In this document: in pieces, positions 1 through 11,300 of the stretch
Layout: each line of letters starts with the position of its first letter
How positions within the stretch are numbered: position 1 is the first letter of the stretch
Assembly (NCBI GenBank): GCA_973851085.1
Contig: OZ316776.1
Location: 3,968,001 to 4,032,000, forward strand
From: Ptychomitrium polyphyllum
Lineage: Eukaryota
DNA: 64,000 nucleotides
Direction: 5' to 3'
Position numbers and translations under genes: made by a program
Notes under the pieces: generated by a model
What the model was told of the DNA's origin: nothing
Databases searched by the model: none
What the model saw: the letters and a program-made list of their open reading frames with translations, nothing else

Positions 1-691
1 ATGATGATGATGGTAATAAAATGCACGAACGGGCTGGAAAACAACAACAACCAGTATCCACCCTGCTCACATCCAAACTTAACGCCGCCAATCCACGATG
101 CACACCCACCGGAATTCCTTGTACGAAAAAGATCAAGAGATCCCCCTCACACACTCTGATCCCTACCTCACAGAACCCCCCGACTCATTCCGGAAGAAAC
201 CCACCTGAAATCACAAGATCCTCTCCAGGACCCACTACCACGGATAGCCCCTCCGCTCGTCCTCTCCCAGAGCTTCAAGTCCAATCCCACTACCTTCCCT
301 CCTGCTCTGCTCTGAAGAACTCCACAACCAATTCTACTCCCTCCAACCCAGAAAGCCCTACACTACTACACAGCCCTCGAAACTCCCCCACTCATCGTGA
401 CCAGCACCGACAGCGACCTCCGCGTGGAAATCCCGAGGAATCGTCACCTCCCATAACCCCACAAACTTCCCCTGTTCCTCCCATCCCCTCACCTTACACC
501 CTAGCCCTCAACTCAAGCAGGCACCCTTGGAGCTCCCATTAACGGCATTCGCACAAATGGCTCCAAGCTCACAGAAGCTGCAACACCGCTGCAGGATGAA
601 GAAGAGCTTCCCCATGGCTCACTCATCGCCCTCGCTTCAACTGAATTCCCCTTAACGCTCTTGTGCTTCCTCCCCATCGTTCCATCTTCCC

Positions 692-800
692 TTCTCTCCC
701 GCTCCCTCTCTCTCTCTCTCCCTCTCTCTCTCTCCCTCTCTCTCTCTCCCCCTCTCGCTCTCTCTCTCTCGCTCGCTTGTCCTCTCTTTCTCGCTCTCTA
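692..800. repeat. Imperfect (CT)n/(GA)n microsatellite
   Basis: Interrupted CTCTCT runs. They explain the spurious RERE-rich ORF 623..958. Probably in the promoter or 5' leader of a minus-strand gene that runs off the left edge. Confidence 0.85.
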
Positions 801-1667
801 GGGCTTTCATGGTGATCGGTGACCGTGGCGTGGATCCAAGCTGCAGTGGGAACGGTGCTCGCGGGACCGATGCCCAAGGACGCCCACGCAGCTGCCTTTC
901 GCACGGGCCGAAGGGATATATTCTCTAAAACCGTCACTATACCGGTGGCCAAAATCATCTATCGCAGACGTACACTTACTCCACCATATCTGAGTGGACG
1001 TAGATAAATGTTGGATTCAGAAACAGTGACAGACTGTTGCTACTGTACAGTGGCTTAACATTATGAGTTTTCGGATGTCGTGTAGTGAAATGTATGTTAC
1101 TGGTAGGTGAAGTTGGTTTTAGGTGCAATGGCGGTCTTAGATATGCAATAAGGTGTTCATTGCTTGAAATAAGATAATGGTTTAATATTATGCATTTAGT
1201 AGATGAAGGCATGAATCTGTTATAAGTTAAAAAAGCTGTCACTACTTTTTGTAAAGTTTTAAGTTTTAGAATCATAGTCGTTTTTTAAGTGAAGAAAAAG
1301 AATTCTTGTCAACTGTACAAGAGCTTTTCTACTGGGGCACCAACTGGCCTTTGCACAGCCAATGCAACTTGGACTCTCCCACCAGTGCCTCAATGACACA
1401 ATTTTAGAAGCTCACTTCATATTCTTATACCTTCCTTAAAAGGTCCAAGGATTTATTGCATTGTTCTCTGTACCTTCAATTTTGGCCTTTGATCATACCT
1501 TGTTTTGTGGAACTTTGTCATTATAATAGAGAGAAGTGGAAGTAGGAGGTAATTTGCTACAACGTAATAGACGGAAAGAGGTTCAATATGACCTTGCATG
1601 AAAAGAAATAATTTTTTCATTAAAAAAGAGTAGTAACCATATAGTAATATTTTTTTATGTCACTTAA

Positions 1668-2330
1668 GATTATATTGTAGGTAATTAGCCAAGAAGTAAG
1701 GCAATTTTGGGAGCACATTTTTACATGTTATGACAAGTATTGAAGCAAAAGATTCATGCCATGTAGAGCATTATAACTTAGTGTAGTCCAATCAAACAAA
1801 GCATGTTCAAATTCATTGGTGTGCATATATTAAAGATCAACAACTAGCATCATAAGTGCTACAAACACGTTGAAAAAGACACATGAGTTGTAAGAATTGA
1901 AATAAGCCAATTATATAGGCTGCACCTTTAAACATTGTTGGATGTTGTTGAAAGATCATTTGAAGTGGAATGGAAAATTGAATCATACTTAAGCTACCAA
2001 TTTTTGAAAAGGATAATCTTAACAAGTGATCAAGAATCAATTGTATAGACCAATTGAAAATGACAATGAAAGAGGTGAGAATGGAGAAGTTAGAAATATA
2101 AAGAACAAGCTATTTTAGAGGTAATTTTGAAAGGAAGAGCCATTTCAAAGGTAGCTTTGGAAAGAATAGCCATTTTAAAACTAGCTTCAGAGGAAGCAAC
2201 ATGAAGAGAGGAAAAACAAAGCTTTAAAAGAAAGCATAGGATGTTAAGTTTGCTTAGGAAAAATAAAAGGTTGCAAAGTTTTTAAAATAACATATATATA
2301 TATATAAATGAAACAACTATAGAGTTTTTG
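1668..2330 (+). pseudogene. Decayed PIF/Harbinger ORF1 (Myb/SANT-like, NAM-associated-type DNA-binding protein) relic
   Basis: Frameshifted fragments read IVGN..QEVRQFWEHIFTCYDK (~1675-1740), IKQSMFKFIGV (~1790-1825), FKHCWMLLKDHLKW (1927-1968) and RPIEN (~2048). These resemble the Harbinger ORF1 motifs PIVGNxQ..FWERI, IKHDVSKFIGV, FEHCWxxLKDxPKW and RPIG. Boundaries are approximate. Confidence 0.65.
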
Positions 2331-2659
2331 AAAATAATCCATAAGAGTCATAGCAAAGCTATACTTCAACCACAATTGATTTTGAAGAATATATAGGCTA
2401 TGTAGAAATTTATGCTAATATAAAAAATGAATTTGATTCTAATAATATGACCCATATTGTTATGAATAAACTTCATGCTTAATAACTATTTTCTTTTATT
2501 TTTAACATATGTCAAATGAAATCTTTCTTTAAGTCAAAATGTATATTCTTATTTTGTGCTTTTATTATAATTATTAATAAATATTTAAATAACTATCCTT
2601 TGCATAGTGTCATGCTACCATTACTTAACCTTATAAGCATATTCTTTAGCCAAAGCACA

Positions 2660-3435
2660 CCACACTCATGTTTTACAATTATATTGTAAAAATCACAATA
2701 TGCAAATATGATGCCTAAAATTGTATCCATGTTCTTATAACTAATATAAGTTGCAAATATTGCAAAACATGCTTGCACAACATCAAAGCATTGTCCAAAA
2801 TCTTTATGACATACTTCTTATTGAATTGCAAACCATAACCAATCAAGCACATTGATTTTATTATTGGAGCCAAATAATCCACAAAATACATGCCAAATAT
2901 ACAAACTTTGATTTTTATTGTCTTAAAAATGATAGACTTAAAAAAAATCTACTACCAAAATCACCTTATTAAACAATAGGGATTTTTTTCTATTTGCAAT
3001 TCTATCATATAGTTGAACAACACAAATATCCTCAAGAATCCGTATTCTTAATTAATAGCTAATATATTTTTAAAATAAATCCAAATATATTGGCTAATAT
3101 GATAATTATTAAGCTTTGCACAAATTGCTATGTGAAATTGCTTTATGCATTCCATTGCCATATTTATACCAATCTTTGCACTATTCATTTATTGCATTTG
3201 CACACATGCAAATAGCAAATATATATTAGAAAATTATAAAATTTTGACCTAAATAAAGACATAAATCACTTAGTGCATCCAATTTCTAAATAATGTAGGT
3301 CTCATGTCTATATCTTTTTTATGATTGTAAAAAACAAAGATCTTTTCATTTGGCATTGCATGCAAAAATAAACTACATCTCTTGTAAGTACATTTGCAAA
3401 ATAATCCTTGAACATTCTTCAATCCATCTCCATCA
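2660..3435 (-). pseudogene. Decayed PIF/Harbinger DDE transposase (plant transposon protein family) relic
   Basis: Minus-strand fragments in the expected order: KDYFANV, CQMKRSLFFTII, HETYII*KLDAL, ANAINE*C/KIGINMAMECIKQF, Q*EVCHKDFGQCFDVVQACFAIF..MDTILGIIFAYCDFYNIIVKHE. They match the Harbinger consensus NDYF..FRMRRSLFLRI..HDPYFVQKRDA..ADAVDEYVRIGESTAMEC..QEACRKDVERAFGVLQARFAI..ACIILHNMIVEDE. Many stops and frameshifts. Confidence 0.8.
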
Positions 3436-6340
3436 AGTTTCAATTAGTATTAGAAGTTTTGTTTAATTTCCAATATTATTTTATCTTTGCTAAATTATAA
3501 GTTTTTTATGGATTAAACCTTATAAAAGACTAAGAGCTTGGTATAAATGCAATTTGTTGTTGTTATCTTCTAAAAATCTTTGTTTTGTAATAAACAACTA
3601 CGCCATCCAAGTCTCCAGATTGTTACAAGTACCATTATTTAGGCTCCATGCAATGTAGAAGTGCTAATGGTGAGTTTAAAAGCTTAAGTATATTATAAAA
3701 TTTCAAATTTTCACTCATTTTTGTAAATCATAATGGAAGATAGGATGGTGGCCAAAGATCATCTATTTTTTAAAAGAAAAATAAAAACAAATATAATATG
3801 ATTATAAATATCCAAATTTAATTGTATTATAATAATTATTTTAAATTTTATTTTAAAATAAATAAATTAAAGTACATTTTATGAATCATCATTTATTCTA
3901 ATGAAATAAACTCAATAAATGTCATTTTGCTAGCTTATATTGGATTTTTATAAGAAAATTTCAAAAAATCCAAAATATATTATTAAATGAACCATTTTTA
4001 ATATTTCTTTCAATTCTAATTCCAAATAAAGTGTAAAGTAGTATAAATGACTTAAAACCAATAAAGAATTTTCCACTCATTATTAAAAAATCATTAATAA
4101 TAAATATCATTTGAGAAAGATTAATCATTAATATATAATTGTTGCATTTCACTCAATCATTGGCTCTATTTCATTTTTATATTGCCATTTTAAGTTAAAT
4201 ATTCATTTCAATATAAATAAATTATTACTATTTTATTAAATGTATATGTTTAATTAATTTTTAATGTATTCTTCAACTTTAGAATCTATAAACTAGCAAA
4301 ATGCATAAAATAAAGATTAATTCCTAAATATCTATTCTTTAAAGAGTACTTAAGATTAAAATGATATTCATTAGGAAATTAAATATATTTTTAAAAAGAT
4401 AATCAATTCTGATTTGTAGCCCAACTCAAATTACATTAATTCAAATTAAATCACACTTAGGATGCTTTTTAAAGAAAAAACCTCAAATTTGTCATCATAA
4501 TATTAAATTTACTATTCAAAAATAAAAATAACAATTTTAGTATATAAAATTTATTTTTCACAATATAATATCAAATTTTAGCAAATAGATAAAAAGTACA
4601 AGTAACAATTATAGGAATTATAAATTTAGCAAATTTTAAAATTAAATGTTTTATATTTATCACTTAAAGATTTAAATTATTTTTTTGAAAATTTAATCAT
4701 ATGGATTTTTATACATTGTCCTTATTTTTAGTTCTTTAGATTTGAACTTCAATATAAGCATATATATCACATGTTCTAATTGGATTTAATTTAATTTGTA
4801 TTCCTTACGGATTTAAGAATTAAACCATAATAATATTATGTTCGAGCTTCTAAATGATGTTTATATCTCAAATAAATATTTATTTGGATTTAATTGTATT
4901 TTATATAAAACATCTTCATTTTCAAAAATTTCATTACATTGCTAATGTTTGAAATAATTAAGTAATTTGATAACATAGATTCAATTCATGTATTACTAAA
5001 AAAAATTGAAATGATTTTTAGTAAATAAAACATTAACTTTATAATGTTGAAAAAATAATTTGATCAATTTTATAGTGTCTTTTTAATTAAAAGAAAGTGG
5101 CTTTTTGTAGAAAATCCTTTTAAAATAAATAACTTTGCAAGGAATTTTTTAATAACTAAACACCTTTTAATTCCTAATACAAACATTTCTCTAATCCAAT
5201 GACCATTGAAATATTTATTATTTCTTGATCTTTTGAATAATATTGATTTTTCTTCATTTATGGATTTTAAACAAAATACAAAAAGAAACCTTAAAATTCC
5301 ATCATGTTTATTTGTTTGTCTGTCCATCCATTCGCACTCAAAATTGATCTTTATTTTGACTTTTGACTTTTGACTTTTGGCTTTTTGAGTTTTAAGTTTT
5401 TGTTTATTCTTTAATATTAATTTTGAACTTTGACTTTCTAATTGTTTGTTGTTTGTTGTAATTTAATTTAATTTTTTTTACATTAGTTGTTTAATTTTAA
5501 TGTTTATTGCTTTTTGTTTCCTTTTTATCATTTATTTTCTTGCTAATTTTTTATTGTTAACTTTTTTATTTTTTACATTGATGAATTATATAGAAACCCA
5601 CATTAAATGCCATTACATCAAAGATGTGATAGCAACCATCTTTATTTAACAATGCTTTCTTATTCAATATCTTCAAATTTTTGAATTATTTTGTCTTCCT
5701 CATAGTTAATATTATAGGAACAAAAAGTTGCTAAGTTTCACTATAATTCATCCATCCACCAATTTCACTTACGAGTTAAAGTTAGATCATCAAAAAATGC
5801 CTTTTTTAATTTGATATCCTTCATCCGGCATGATGAGATGAACCTTTAATAAAGACATCATTAAACAAAATGATGAAGAATTTCATTTGGGATACTTTGG
5901 AGAGAAACTAAAAAAATCAAAGAAATATTTGTGGATTAGAAATGGTCAAGGGTGTTTAATTCTATATACTTATAATTATGTATGTGAATGTATAAATAAA
6001 CACATATCAAATTAAAAATATATATGATTAAAAAAGCTAAGTTTGAAACAAATGATTTAGAGGAAAAGTTATATTTACTTTTTGTACAACTAATTTGGAA
6101 AATAGTCAATAGTTGTACTACTATTTCATTTAAATGCATGCAATAATTAGACAAAAAGAAAGCCAAAATCATTACCACAACCTTGACAAGCTAATAATTA
6201 AGAAATCCACTTCCTTCTCTTTAAAAATTCTATAACCGAAACTACAATTATAAAACAAGCAAAAATCATAACCTAAAAATTCTTGCTACTCTTTGTGCTA
6301 CTCTTTGTTCAACTCACTTGAAACCAAAACAAAGTACACT

Positions 6341-6442
6341 TCAACAACATCAACAACATCAACAACATCAACAACATCAACAACATCAACAACATCAACA
6401 ACATCAACAACATCAACAACATCAACAACATCAACATCAACA
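6341..6442. repeat. 9-bp minisatellite (TCAACAACA)x10 plus (TCAACA)x2
   Basis: Directly visible perfect tandem repeat. It generates the poly-QH, poly-TS and poly-VD ORFs in the track. Confidence 0.95.
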
Positions 6443-6753
6443 GCCACCCAGAAAAGAACCCCAGTTTCCTTCCACGACAGCAACACCTAAATTGGCGGTA
6501 TCCAAATCAATAGTATTACCTCTCCTAGGCAAATGCTCATATAAGAATTGTAACCAAGGTCTGCCCTTGGCTGTGTACGTGGACATGTAAAACCACAAGG
6601 GTAAGGTTTTACCCTTGGGTCGAAATGGCACCACAGTTCATCATTAGAGCGGACTGGAACGAAGCTTCGCCAGTCAGATCTGGAACAGCGAGAGAGTCAA
6701 AGTCCCAGAAGAGGGAGCGAGCGAGGGGCGATGCGCTTGGGACGTGGATAGCA

Positions 6754-6793
6754 TTAGGGTTGGTTAGGGTTTGGACTAGGGTTATGGTTAGGG
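6754..6793. promoter_or_regulatory. Telo-box cluster (TAGGGTT x3 plus TAGGGCT; exact TAGGGTTT at 6765-6772) upstream of RPS28
   Basis: Telomere-like motifs about 150-180 bp upstream of the RPS28 ATG. Telo-boxes (AAACCCTA) are established elements of plant ribosomal-protein promoters. Confidence 0.65.
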
Positions 6794-6935
6794 CTGATCG
6801 CTAGAAGGAGGGGCTGCGGCAACCACCCCGCCCCCTTTCGCAATCCTGAGCTTGCTGCCCCGCGCCCCCGCTTGCCCCTGCACTCGCGTTGCCCGCCCTT
6901 CGCCTCCGGAGGTTCTCTCCGCCGAGAGACACATC

Positions 6936-8362
6936 ATGGTTAGCCTCGTCTCACGCTGTCCACCGCAACTATCGTTTCTCACACTTTTTTACCCACATTT
7001 CAGAATTCATTGCCATTAGGGTTCTAGTTAGTTGTGTGTCATACGGATTACGTTCCTCTGGATTGGAAGGCAGTACTCCTGCTTTCCTGTACTTCTGGTT
7101 TATGTGATTACTCACTCCGGATCTTCAAATAGAACTGGAATTCTTCTTCATTTAGGGTTGAATCCTTCCTCAAGCACAATCCAGACATCTTACAGCATGG
7201 CTTTGTTGCTCTCTTCGGATTGGACCGTACTGGGCAATCTGTCACTGGAAGTTGGAAGCTGAATGTCATGGCTTATTTTCGGGTTTTGAGGTCTTGGTGT
7301 TTGGGGATTTTCGGTTTGAGAATCTTAAGCTGGTATCATGCACTTGGTGGCATAATCCTGCGAATTGATTAGTTTGGAGATAGTTGAATTGTGAACGCTA
7401 TGTGTGTCGACCTGGGTACTGTGTCGCCGTTCTTCTTCAAATTCTATACTTTTCTTCAAGTTTTGCATATGCTTTAAGTTGCAGTAACCCTAGATTATTT
7501 GAGTACTGAGCTGTATGATTTAATCGTGCAGGATACCGCCGTGAAGTTGGCTATTGTGATGAAAGTGATTGGACGCACTGGGTCCCGAGGACAGGTGACG
7601 CAAGTTCGCGTCAAGTTTTTGGACGACCAGAACCGTCTTATCATGCGTAATGTCAAGGGCCCAGTGCGTGAAGGTATGCCGACTTACCGTTTTTGGCACC
7701 GTAGTTCTCAAGACGCTTTTTAATCACGGAGTTGGCAAAGGATTTGAAAGGAATGATCCAATTTCGAAATTGCTTCAAGAGTGACTTAATAATGCACAAT
7801 CCTGCGCGCTAAATCGAATCCATATCTTTGAGATGTGCTTGTCCGTACACCTGTAGGCATGTTCTGTGATCCGTAATATTGCTGTTTTATGATGTTCCCT
7901 TGGCTCGAATTCCTGCAAGAACCAGTATGCTGTTAGAGCTTATTCTCAGATTTTTCAATCAACCTGTGCCAAGCAAAAGAATGCTGTTTAATGTCCTGAA
8001 ATAAACTCGTTCCTTAAAAATCTAGCTTCCTTTACATGGTTTTGGATACGGGCTTTTCTACACATTCCCTCTCAATTATTATTGGTTTTAACGACCTTCT
8101 AAATCTTAAGGTTTACTTTCCTTTCTCGTACTTTTTTAGTGTTAAGTAAACCTCAAGTTGTGAAAACTGCTATGTTAAGGACTTAGGGTTATAGATATGA
8201 TGCTACTTTCTGCAGTTGATTTGAATAAGTATCTAGATGCTTGTGTTTCAGGCTGGGAGTATGTGTCATGAAAACGTGCCAATTGATCTCTGTTTGAACG
8301 AATTTGCAGGTGACATCTTGACTCTCCTCGAGTCTGAGCGCGAAGCAAGGAGGTTGCGGTGA
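6936..8362 (+). CDS. RPS28: 40S ribosomal protein S28 (eS28), 65 aa; exons 6936-6938 (ATG only), 7532-7673, 8310-8362
   Basis: Spliced translation [69 protein letters not shown] introns in phase. The ATG-only first exon (ATG|GTTAGC) is the least certain part. Confidence 0.95.
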
Positions 8363-11300
8363 GGAACAAGAGTTTCTCATGGCAGGCCACTGGTGCGGTA
8401 CTGAATTTTTAGTTGGACTTGCATGTGTACGCTGACCTCCCATCTTGAGTGTATGAGATACACAATGTAGTTTCTGGTATTCAAACGTTACTAGAGTGCT
8501 TTTTCTACTTGATACACCCTGGCAGTTCTGTGGATTGAGGAATTATTTACCGTTTACAGCTTGGCGTTGCAACAAGGTCATCGTGGTTGAATGTGTGTGC
8601 ATGTCTCTGATTTTCACAAGGAAAGTGACAACCATTAAGATCTTAGAGGGGCGACTTGTATAGATATTGCCCATGCACAGATGCAGTTGTGAGCGGTCTT
8701 TCTGACATTCGCTCAGGTGTACTTTACCTTCACGCAGATCTTCAGCGAAGAGCACTTTTGACACCGTTCATTATATTTATGTCAATACGTTAGTGTTGAG
8801 TATTATTATTAGACATGAAATTCCTGTGTTGATTCTCAATTCTGTTCTATGTCAAAGCGAATACGTCTGTAGGAAACAGCAAGTCTCTACCGAGTTTCAA
8901 TCTGTGAAACATCTCCACTGTCCCTTACTTACGATGGAGGAAGGAAGTGGCGAGTGATTTGAAGATGAACTGGCTTTCAGGAATGCACCGTAGTTTGAAC
9001 ATTAAACTGCAGAGAATTCAGCTGTTGCACTTCCACCTCACTGTAGCTGACACTTACTGTACATGGTCCAGAACAAGCTATGCGTTGACTTACACTTCCA
9101 CGAGCAATGAGCCCAAATTGTCCATTTTCCAAACCTGAACAAACCGAAGACCAAGTAATCAGCTTTGTTTAAAATAAATTGCTATAGCATTTTATGGAAG
9201 GAGCGTGTAATACAGCAAATTGGAATTTGAGAGCATATTTCACTATATTTCACAGTATTGAACATTGACTATATTCAAAAGGCAATATTTAAAGGCTCCT
9301 ATTATAGAACATGGATGATTAACTTGCAAAAGTTTCTAAGTATTTTGTAGGATTATAAAAGACATTAAGTAGATTTTTACATATGAAATTACTTTCATAA
9401 CATTTATGTGGGACCTTTATAAGCTTTTTGAAAAATTAAAAATTCCCAATGGAGTGGGATTATTTTAAAATTGCACGTTACAAATTGCATTCAAAACTTG
9501 TTTAAAAAGTGGAATTGACAATCCAAAAATTTATAATTTAACACATTTTTCTATACCATTAATAATTGTTGAATACACATTTAATTCAATTTTAAATATA
9601 TGTGATTTATGATTTATAAGAATCTTAATTCATACAAAAAAACATAACATTAAATCATCTCACTTTCAAATCTCTGAAGAAGAAGAACTCCTAAGCAAAA
9701 TTAAAAAATTTAAACCAAATATAGTTAGAAACACATAGAGAAGCTTAAATGTGGCTTTATGGCCGCAGCAATGGTACAAATGTATCTATGTCACAGAAAC
9801 GAAATGCCACTATGCTTCTACAATTTGCAATGGGTGGGATGTGCCTGGTGTCAAAAATGTGATGAAGACCTTCCTTTGAAATTTAGAAATCTAAACCAAG
9901 AAGATTTTATAATCTTTTATTGTTAAAATCCAAATACTGAGTTCAAATGGAAACTAGTGAAAAGTCACTAGAATCTCAATCATGAACGCAAAAATAGGTC
10001 ATTGGCCAGGGACGAGTCTAGAGTAAAAGAAGCTAGTCATTGCAAAACAGGCCACAAGAGGCCTTTGGATCAAGGTATTTATCATCAATTGATGTCCTAC
10101 CCAGTAGTGCACCCAACAATCACCTTCTGATTTGACTCAATTAATTCCACAATCTCCCTCTGTCATACTCCACAATAGCAATTGTCGCACCAAACTAGAT
10201 TGTGCCTAAGCCCTACTGAATTTGGACCCAGTCTGATGGTCATGTAAGTGCCATGTACGTGTAGGAGGCATAGGCCATGCTTGGCATGCCAACCATTGCC
10301 ACTCCCTTCAGGCTGGGAATCTCTCAGTGATCACCAACTTACTAGTCCTAAAAGATCATACTGTGGCTAATGTTGTTGCAGTCTAGTGGTGGCAAGGTTA
10401 TATATCTGAGGGTTGGATTTTCTCTTTCCTGGACTAGAGATTACTATTGTGGAAAAAGCAGAAGGCATTAGAGAATCACCCTAAAGGCTTTGGTTTCAAG
10501 TCAAACTTAAAAGCAGAGCCTCCCTTCAAACATGTTCCAGCTTACCCTGTCCTGAGCTTTGAATTGTGTCCAATTGTATTTTGGGCTATTTGGGCTACTG
10601 TGGTGAGCTTTCATAGGCAGCTGCTGTCAGAGGGCCTGAAAGTAGGGTACAGGGTCGAGGAAATGCTTTGAATTTTTTGGTGAGGATCCTATATTAGACA
10701 TACCTACCTATCCTGTTGTTTTATCTAATTCTTACTTTAAATAACTTTTTTTAAAATGAAAAGTTGTTTTCCTAGAGTTTTCAACTTTATTTGGTGATTT
10801 GTCATTTCACTGCCAAGCATGTAACTTGCTGTCAGGTCATTTTGACGAAGGCTGATTTGTGTATGCCTGGTTTTTTCTCATTATTGTTACTAGTAAGTTC
10901 TGGTCAAGCAAGAATTGTGCCTAATCCACCCAGGAGGGTTGTTGTGTAAACTGAGACTCTGCTTGATGTTTCATTGACTGCAAGGTATGCATTTCTGTGC
11001 AGATTCCATAATCATATGCTAATTTATGCATTTCTAAAAAAAGGTGAATGGTGTAACAAGCTTCTACAAGTTGAAGTTGCAAGGAGAGTATTGCCAAAGA
11101 CTTACATTTAAGAGTTGTATGGTTCTTTATTATTCGCTCAAACAGATTATATGTGCATTGGTGTTGGCTCTTCATTTGTGGTTGATCTGATTTGTCCTAG
11201 AAATATGTGGGACAGGTCTGTAAGCCAAATATGAATATGGTATTCAAATGCAACACTTAAGTAGGCAGTTCTCTTAACTCAGTGAGATTGCAAGATCATA

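Noticed and set aside
21..542. 173-aa P/S/T-rich plus-strand ORF
   Set aside because: Low-complexity product of a C-rich strand with no recognisable domain. More likely the antisense of a 5' leader.
623..958. RE-repeat ORF
   Set aside because: Translation of the (GA)n microsatellite.
6293..6590. Poly-QH, poly-TS and poly-VD ORFs
   Set aside because: Artefacts of the 9-bp repeat, which is stop-free in several frames.
10539..10559. miR390 target-like site (TCCTGAGCTT) suggesting a TAS3 locus
   Set aside because: Only 10 nt match. I found no second miR390 site or tasiARF-like sequence.
10398..10700. Telomerase RNA candidate (ACCCTAAA after a TATA motif)
   Set aside because: The template-like stretch is only 8 nt and there is no upstream USE (TCCCACAT-like) at the expected distance.
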